39,895 nucleotides of DNA from a virus. Below the pieces are notes generated by a model. It searched no databases and was not told the origin of the DNA. It was given only the letters and a program-made list of their open reading frames with translations. Positions 6,563-12,093 of this stretch are shown one piece after another. The DNA lies in IMG/VR virus record IMGVR_UViG_3300045988_079078. The stretch is one strand, 5' to 3'. How positions within the stretch are numbered: the stretch's first letter is position 1; each line of letters begins with the position of its first letter. The position numbers and the translations under genes were made by a program.

Positions 6563-6926
6563 CCTGTAAACGCTCCAATTTCCGCATTACGCCATTATAA
6601 ACTTTAGGGTTTGCCACATACAAGGCCGACATAAGCTCATCCAGCACGTTCAGCGCCGCTGTGGTGTCTACGTTTGATACAGCCCGCAAAAATTCACTGC
6701 CACCAACAGCAGCCCTTGTAGACGGCTCTGCTGCTTCGTAGTAACGCACAGGCTCTTGCCGTTCTGCTTTTTGTGGGGAAGGGGATACATCTGCAAGCTG
6801 CTGATTTTTCACAACATACAGCGCCGCCAAATTTTTAACTCTGGTCATGGTAAGTTCGCTGTTTTCGATTTCGGCTATAGCGCCGTCAATCTCTCGCACG
6901 TCCACCATAGCCGCCACCTCCGTCAA
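6555..6926 (-). CDS. Hypothetical protein (123 aa)
   Basis: The ORF is coupled to its neighbours by ATGA-type overlaps and has a helical C-terminal domain shared with the 45-aa ORF. Confidence 0.6.
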   Translation of the reverse strand: MTEVAAMVDVREIDGAIAEIENSELTMTRVKNLAALYVVKNQQLADVSPSPQKAERQEPVRYYEAAEPSTRAAVGGSEFLRAVSNVDTTAALNVLDELMSALYVANPKVYNGVMRKLERLQDE

Positions 6927-7318
6927 ACGTTTTTCAGTTCATCAATGCAATGCTGGATAGTCTCGCGGTCGTATCCATTAACGTTTCGGATCATGTCTTC
7001 TAGCTTTCGCATCATGCTGTCTCGCGCATCGTCTCGGCTGTAATGGCCGCGCACATAATGCGACCCGCGCCGCGCGTAGCTGCTGCCGCGTCCATAATTG
7101 CCGCGCATGTTTGCGCTCCAATCGCCATCCCGGCTGTAATCTTCATCGCGGCTGTAACCACCATCTTCCAACATCGTGATTTTATCAATGTTCTTGATGG
7201 TGTCTGTCAGCTTGTGAACAGTTTCCAAGTCGCCAGCAGACATTTCGCCTTTTTTGCCGATTTCGTCAAGCTCTGCGCACAGCATGTCCTTCAAATCGTA
7301 CATAACTTTCATACTCAT
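6923..7318 (-). CDS. Hypothetical protein with a central R/S/Y/D/G-rich low-complexity region
   Basis: The central region is GGYSRDEDYSRDGDWSANMRGNYGRGSSYARRGSHYVRGHYSRDDARD, flanked by helical ends. Confidence 0.6.
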   Translation of the reverse strand: MSMKVMYDLKDMLCAELDEIGKKGEMSAGDLETVHKLTDTIKNIDKITMLEDGGYSRDEDYSRDGDWSANMRGNYGRGSSYARRGSHYVRGHYSRDDARDSMMRKLEDMIRNVNGYDRETIQHCIDELKNV

Positions 7319-7331
7319 AATAGCGCTCCTT

Positions 7332-7754
7332 TCAGCTCACTCTCTCAACCACAAAGTTTGCGTTCGCAAACGAAACGGTTTGTGTGCTTGTATTTTCGGC
7401 GGCAACGGTCAGGCAGCATCCGCGCGGAACTTCAACAAAAGCCGTGACGTAAATATTAAAATAGTTTTCTACTGCTGCCGGTGTCACGGTTGCAGTCGCA
7501 CTGTTCAACGGTTCACCATTGATGGCAAGCGCAGCAGTAATAGCTTCCACTGTGCCGCCGGTAGGGATAGCAATGTTTGCACCAAATCCCACTTTGAAAC
7601 GAGCTTTGCACTGGTTTGTAATGCCGCGCAGCGTAACAATACCGGCACCCTCTCTGTGTACGACACAGCCCTTACCCGCTACTGCCGTTTCGGTCAGGGG
7701 CACATTTTGCCCAGCGGCCACAGTCACAGCGTTGGCGTTGGTAAACTCAGCCAT
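7332..7754 (-). CDS. Beta-sandwich protein resembling a BclA C-terminal / C1q-TNF-like domain (140 aa)
   Basis: The RBS GGAGGGGAAAG lies before ATG 7754. It shows an alternating beta pattern (...IVTLRG..ARFKVGFGANIA..LAINGEPL..FVEVPRGCCLTV..ANFVVERV). The family call is from memory only. Confidence 0.45.
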   Translation of the reverse strand: MAEFTNANAVTVAAGQNVPLTETAVAGKGCVVHREGAGIVTLRGITNQCKARFKVGFGANIAIPTGGTVEAITAALAINGEPLNSATATVTPAAVENYFNIYVTAFVEVPRGCCLTVAAENTSTQTVSFANANFVVERVS

Positions 7755-7947
7755 TACTTTCCCCTCCATCCGTAAATTTATAGCCGAAATTTTCAGCAAA
7801 TTTTTGCCATGTATAAAGTTCTTCCATGCTGCGCACATTTTTCGCAATCTCGGAGTATATTAAAATTTCTTCCATTTTTAACGCTGAAAGGTCGATTTTG
7901 GCCAAATGCTCGCAAATTTTATTTTTGAGGTCTTTTGATTCTATCAT
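7747..7947 (-). CDS. Hypothetical protein (66 aa)
   Basis: RBS is AAAGGA. The gene overlaps the next gene by 8 nt. Confidence 0.55.
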   Translation of the reverse strand: MIESKDLKNKICEHLAKIDLSALKMEEILIYSEIAKNVRSMEELYTWQKFAENFGYKFTDGGESNG

Positions 7948-7963
7948 AAAGCAGTCCTTTCAT

Positions 7964-8004
7964 AAAAAGATAGCGGCGGGACGATTGCCCCGCCGCTTTG
8001 TTTG
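7964..8004. terminator. Bidirectional intrinsic terminator between the 252-aa gene and the 66-aa gene
   Basis: The 9-bp GC stem AGCGGCGGG/CCCGCCGCT (7972-7980 / 7989-7997) has T-tracts on both sides. Confidence 0.7.
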
Positions 8005-8061
8005 GAAAATCGGCACGGGGCCGAACATGTCAGATGTTCCGACAAGTTGCCGTATTCGGTT

Positions 8062-8820
8062 TTAGCAGGCGCAGCCGTTGCAGGTGCCGCAATTCCCATA
8101 CTGATACGGTGCGGGAACAGGGAAAGCAGGAACAGGGCGGGGGTTGTAGTAAGCAAGCTGCCCACTCATATAGGCTTTCAGCGTTTCATTCTGCGCAGCC
8201 TGACTTGCGGCAAGCTGTGCGGCAAAAATCTGCTGGTTCTGCTCGGCAATCTTGGCATCCTTTGCTTCAATCCGCTGTGCAGTAAGCGCATCAAGCACCG
8301 CACGCGCATTGGCGTTCTGGTTCTCAATGATGTCTCGAGTGCCGTTCTGAATGGTCTGGCGCGTGTCGCAAGCCTGCGTAGCAAGGTTGTAGTTAACGCC
8401 CTGAATCGCTTCGCGGGTTTCGCAGCAGCAATTTGCCTGCTGCATCTGCATCGCGTTAAGCTGCTGCATAAATGCGGCCTGCTGATTGGCGCGGCTGATT
8501 TCAGCCGACATAAAGCCCTGCTGCATAGCGTTCTGCACGCCGTTGACAAGCTGTGCCTGAGCATAGAAGCCGTCACACAGGCCGTTGTTTACGTTGTCAA
8601 TCTTGCGTTCGATGTTGGCAAAGTCACTGGTAAGGACGTATCCATCCATAACGCCAGCACCATTGCCGTTGTTGCCGCCCCAACCGTTGCGGCCCCAGCC
8701 AAACAGGAACAGGACGATAATCCAAATCCAGTCCTGCCCCCACATGCCCATGCCGCCATTGTAATTATTGGCGGGCTGTACCGGCATTGTCATAACAGTG
8801 CCGTCCGAAGATAAGCTCAT
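8062..8820 (-). CDS. Membrane-anchored Q/N-rich, Cys-rich protein (252 aa)
   Basis: RBS is GAAGGGAG. It has a G/W-rich TM region (GMWGQDWIWIIVLFLFGWGRNGWGGNNGNG), conserved-looking Cys motifs (GLCDGFY, NCCCETRE, ATQACDTR) and the C-terminus GNCGTCNGCAC. Confidence 0.7.
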   Translation of the reverse strand: MSLSSDGTVMTMPVQPANNYNGGMGMWGQDWIWIIVLFLFGWGRNGWGGNNGNGAGVMDGYVLTSDFANIERKIDNVNNGLCDGFYAQAQLVNGVQNAMQQGFMSAEISRANQQAAFMQQLNAMQMQQANCCCETREAIQGVNYNLATQACDTRQTIQNGTRDIIENQNANARAVLDALTAQRIEAKDAKIAEQNQQIFAAQLAASQAAQNETLKAYMSGQLAYYNPRPVPAFPVPAPYQYGNCGTCNGCAC

Positions 8821-8868
8821 ATTTTTACTCCCTTCAAATAAATTTTATTGTCTAACCGTGCGCACGGA

Positions 8869-9093
8869 TTAAACCTGTCCCATAAACGACCTAAACTGCT
8901 GCGCCATCGCTTGCAGTTGGTTCAACTGAGCTTGGCTCATCTGCCCGGATTGCAACAGCTTTTCTACTTCTTTTTTGGGGTCTCCCTGAAAATTTGCCCG
9001 GAACTGCTGAAACTGCTGCATCATCTGCTGAAATTGTCCCATCGGGCCGGGCATACGACCGCCGCCTAAAGCATTAAACAGTGGATTTGGCAT
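8869..9093 (-). CDS. Q-rich small protein (74 aa)
   Basis: RBS is AAGGAGAG. The sequence contains MPNPLFNALGGGRMPGPMGQFQQMMQQFQQFRANFQGDPKKEVEKLLQSGQMSQAQLNQL... Confidence 0.6.
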   Translation of the reverse strand: MPNPLFNALGGGRMPGPMGQFQQMMQQFQQFRANFQGDPKKEVEKLLQSGQMSQAQLNQLQAMAQQFRSFMGQV

Positions 9094-9535
9094 TTTCGCT
9101 CTCCTTTTTCTTTGTCAGCGGTTTATCTGCCGCCAGCGCGTCAAAGCGTGCCGCCAGCGCGTCAAACTCTGCACGGGTGACAAACTCTCCGGCTTGCGTT
9201 TGCGCGGCCTGTGTGGGCTGTTTCTGTGCCGCTGTGCGCTCTGCATAATCGAAGATGCGCAACGGCTGCGGCATCCCGCTTGCGTCCACTGTTTTGATAT
9301 AGAACGAGCTTTTCTCGCTATCCATCAAAAGTACGCTGTTTCCTGGCGCACAAAGGTAACTTTTTGCCGCTTCTTCTCCCTGCACCCAAATAATAGGCGC
9401 AGTCTGCTGTGCAGTCTGTTGCTGCGGATACGCTGCCTGTCGAAGCTGTGCAAGCTGGTCAGGCATTGCAGTGGGCTGCCCCATCGGGTAATATCCCGGC
9501 GCAAATCCGGGCTGATACGGTACGCCAAACGCCAT
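9074..9535 (-). CDS. Hypothetical protein with a P/Q-rich N-terminus and a globular core (about 153 aa)
   Basis: ATG 9535 is preceded by AAAGGA; the ORF track offers a TTG start at 9541. The core reads IIWVQGEEAAKSYLCAPGNSVLLMDSEKSSFYIKTVDASGMPQPLRIFDY. Confidence 0.6.
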   Translation of the reverse strand: MAFGVPYQPGFAPGYYPMGQPTAMPDQLAQLRQAAYPQQQTAQQTAPIIWVQGEEAAKSYLCAPGNSVLLMDSEKSSFYIKTVDASGMPQPLRIFDYAERTAAQKQPTQAAQTQAGEFVTRAEFDALAARFDALAADKPLTKKKESENAKSTV

Positions 9536-9541
9536 AGTCAA

Positions 9542-9919
9542 TCATCCTTTCTGCCAGTAGTACAGCGGCACTTCATCTCCGCTGTCCCATGTATCCAGCC
9601 AATCCCCATTCTGCACGCACACAACATGCGTAGCCATAGCCAAAATGTACGTGCCGTCCTGGTGGTCTTTTGCAAACTGCGCTACTGTGTAACAATCCGG
9701 GCAACTGTTTGGCAGCGTGTAACGCTTCCAACCACATCGCCGCAAATAGCTGCCCCAAACATAGTTTGCAGACGGCATATCATGCAGTTCAAATCCTGCC
9801 AACACCAGCGCCGCATATACAGCCGCCCACGATTGATGCGTTGCGGCTGCAATGGCTCTGACGGTACAATCGCCAACGCGCTTTTGCTCTGGGTTTAGGT
9901 TGATTTGCCTGTATGCCAT
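9542..9919 (-). CDS. Putative papain/C39-like cysteine peptidase-fold protein (125 aa)
   Basis: RBS is AAGGAAAAAGGAG. A candidate Cys-His dyad is present (VGDCTVRAI ... AMATHVVCV). Confidence 0.4.
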   Translation of the reverse strand: MAYRQINLNPEQKRVGDCTVRAIAAATHQSWAAVYAALVLAGFELHDMPSANYVWGSYLRRCGWKRYTLPNSCPDCYTVAQFAKDHQDGTYILAMATHVVCVQNGDWLDTWDSGDEVPLYYWQKG

Positions 9920-9945
9920 CTTCACCGCTCCTTTTTCCTTAATTG

Positions 9946-10001
9946 TACAAAAAAAGACGGCGCAACGTAGGCCAGTAAAGTGCCAACATTGTGCCGTCTT
10001 T
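9946..10001 (-). terminator. Intrinsic terminator (13-bp stem with 1 mismatch) followed by a U-tract
   Basis: The minus-strand RNA reads AAAGACGGCACAA...TTGCGCCGTCTTTTTTTG. It ends about 25 nt before the RBS of gene 9919. Confidence 0.65.
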
Positions 10002-10004
10002 GGG

Positions 10005-10043
10005 ACAAAATAAAAAAGGCGCGACCACAAAAGCAGCCGCGCC
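10005..10043 (-). terminator. Intrinsic terminator directly after the 54-aa HTH gene
   Basis: The minus-strand RNA reads GGCGCG-loop-CGCGCC followed by TTTTTTATTTTG. Confidence 0.6.
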
Positions 10044-10050
10044 CATTAAA

Positions 10051-10215
10051 TCAGCCTATTTTGTTTTTGATGCTGTGTACGCGCCGTTTTACCGTGCGTT
10101 CGCTGCAATTCAGTTCTGCCGCAATATCAGCATTGCGCCAGCCGCGCCGCCGAAGCTGCAAAACATCCGTTTCTTCATCGGTCAGCAAACCGCCGACAAA
10201 ATCAAACTTTGGCAT
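10051..10215 (-). CDS. 54-aa LuxR / sigma-70 region-4-like HTH protein
   Basis: The translation is MPKFDFVGGLLTDEETDVLQLRRRGWRNADIAAELNCSERTVKRRVHSIKNKIG. The ORF is below the ORF-track cutoff and starts 2 nt after the holin stop. Confidence 0.6.
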   Translation of the reverse strand: MPKFDFVGGLLTDEETDVLQLRRRGWRNADIAAELNCSERTVKRRVHSIKNKIG

Positions 10216-10217
10216 GA

Positions 10218-10412
10218 TTACTCATCCTTCTTGTTCTTGCTTTCGGTCTGCGTGCCAAAATAAAAGGCCACGACCATTGTCACAATGGTCATGACCGTGT
10301 CCGGCTGCAATTTGCTCTGCAGCGCCAGCACCGCAAAAACCGCAACTACAACCAGCGTTACAATGGTTTTTACCTTGATAAGCGCTGCCAGATTCTTGAT
10401 AAAATCGTTCAT
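10218..10412 (-). CDS. Holin (two TM helices, charged C-terminus)
   Basis: It has IVTLVVVAVFAVLAL and VMTIVTMVVAFYFG followed by the tail TESKNKKDE. It lies in the lysis cassette. Confidence 0.7.
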   Translation of the reverse strand: MNDFIKNLAALIKVKTIVTLVVVAVFAVLALQSKLQPDTVMTIVTMVVAFYFGTQTESKNKKDE

Positions 10413-10429
10413 ACAATATGCACCCTCTT

Positions 10430-10783
10430 TCAGCCAATCAGATGCTTCTGCAAGGCTTCCTTTGCTTTCTGCATCTGGTCAATGTTGTTTCCGTCAAGGT
10501 TGTGGTCAAGCAGGGCAAGCAGCGCCTGCATGGTCACGTGCTGCCCCTCATCCATGCGGTCAAGCCGCAATTTGTCGTTTTTCAAAAAGCCCTCCATAGC
10601 GTTCACCCGCGCTTCAAGCTTTGTAATGCGTTCATCCTGGTCTGTCTTTGGCTTTTTCACCGCGGTAATCACTTTGCTGATAGCCACGCCCCCGGCATAC
10701 AGCCCGGCAGCAGCCCCCGCCGCGTAAATCAAAAACGCCCAGGCTTCCGCAATCGTAAACGAAAATACGTGCTGCATCGGCAT
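10430..10783 (-). CDS. N-terminally membrane-anchored coiled-coil protein (lysis-associated, XhlA-like role possible)
   Basis: The RBS GGAGGTG lies before ATG 10783, which overlaps the endolysin stop (TGATG). The TM AWAFLIYAAGAAAGLYAGGVAI is followed by a coiled coil. Confidence 0.6.
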   Translation of the reverse strand: MPMQHVFSFTIAEAWAFLIYAAGAAAGLYAGGVAISKVITAVKKPKTDQDERITKLEARVNAMEGFLKNDKLRLDRMDEGQHVTMQALLALLDHNLDGNNIDQMQKAKEALQKHLIG

Positions 10784-12051
10784 CACACCTCCGCCCATTC
10801 GCTTTTATACAGCCCGGCATCCGTCAGGCCGCGTTCCTTGCACAGCAAGTAGATTGCATCTGCATCGCCCTGTGAGACCGGCCCTACCGTAATGACCTGT
10901 AACTTGCTTGCAGGCTTGTCCACTGCAGGCAGGGTCTTAACTAAATGGTTAAGGTCAACCACGCCGGTGATACCTGCGACGCTGCCCTGCCCGTATTGGT
11001 GGATGTATCGCGGCAGCGTCTTGTCGTAATTTGTACGCGTGTCGGCAAGCCAGCCGATGTAATCTTCACACAAGTAGGCGTAGTCGATGTTCGCGCTTGC
11101 AAAGGCCGTGAATGTGTAAATACCTGCCGTGAATCCGTGCGTCTTGGCTCTCTCACAAAACACCATTGCGATTGCCGTTCGCTGGTCTTTCGTCAGGTTG
11201 TCTGCTCGGCCATCGTGTGTGCCGGTCTCGGTCGTGTGCCCCCATTCGCTGTCAAAAAACAGCGGGTAGCCAGCCGGTGCAAGGCTTGCACAAAAGTCTG
11301 CCTCCTCGCGGGCTTCGTCCACCGTGATGGCCTGCGAGAAAAAGTAAAAGCCGAACAGCTTTCCGCTTGCTTTTGCCCCTGCAAGGTTAGCATCGTACTG
11401 ATCGTCTTTCATAAGCTTTCCGCTGCCGTAGCCGCGATAGCCAATGCGAACAATGGCGCGGTAGGGAACACTCGCCCAGTCGATAGCGCCCTGGTGGTGG
11501 GATACATCAATCAGCACTTCCTCACTGTTGGGCTGTGCAGCATCCGCAGGCTTTTCCACAGCATGTTCTCCGGCGCGGTATGTAAACACCTGCCCACTTG
11601 CCGTAGTGAAGTCGCTGTCAAGCCACACCAGCGGGTTGGTGCGCTTGCCGTTCAGGATAACTTCAAAGTGCAGATGCGCACCAAACACATTCCCGGTCAC
11701 GCCAGAATAGCCGATAAGTTCGCCCTCTTTGACCTTCTGCCCAACCTTGACGCAATAGCTGCTCAGGTGCGCGTACCGCGTCTGTAAAGTCTTTCCCTTG
11801 TAGGGGTCATGCTTGATGCGCACCATGTTGCCATAGCTCTGCATCCCGGTTTTTGTGTGGCCGTCCCAGTCCTGCACCTGGTCAACCGTGCCGTCCTCTG
11901 CCGCGTAGACCGGGCGCTTGTAGTCCGTGCCGTTCTGCGTGCGCCAGTCGGCGGCCTGATGCAAGCTGCCGTCGTTGTAGTACCAGCCCTGCGTTAAAAC
12001 GTGCAGGTCAAGCGGCCAGTGCAGCAGAACCTCACCGTTTGAAAGTCTCAT
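10783..12051 (-). CDS. Bifunctional endolysin: M23 peptidase plus GH25 muramidase plus a small C-terminal domain
   Basis: M23 motifs are HQAAD and GAHLHFEV. GH25 motifs are IDVSHHQGAIDW and FFDSEWGH. Confidence 0.85.
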   Translation of the reverse strand: MRLSNGEVLLHWPLDLHVLTQGWYYNDGSLHQAADWRTQNGTDYKRPVYAAEDGTVDQVQDWDGHTKTGMQSYGNMVRIKHDPYKGKTLQTRYAHLSSYCVKVGQKVKEGELIGYSGVTGNVFGAHLHFEVILNGKRTNPLVWLDSDFTTASGQVFTYRAGEHAVEKPADAAQPNSEEVLIDVSHHQGAIDWASVPYRAIVRIGYRGYGSGKLMKDDQYDANLAGAKASGKLFGFYFFSQAITVDEAREEADFCASLAPAGYPLFFDSEWGHTTETGTHDGRADNLTKDQRTAIAMVFCERAKTHGFTAGIYTFTAFASANIDYAYLCEDYIGWLADTRTNYDKTLPRYIHQYGQGSVAGITGVVDLNHLVKTLPAVDKPASKLQVITVGPVSQGDADAIYLLCKERGLTDAGLYKSEWAEV

Positions 12052-12093
12052 GATTTGTTGTCCTTTCTGTTTGTTAGTCAGCTAAAGCTTCCT

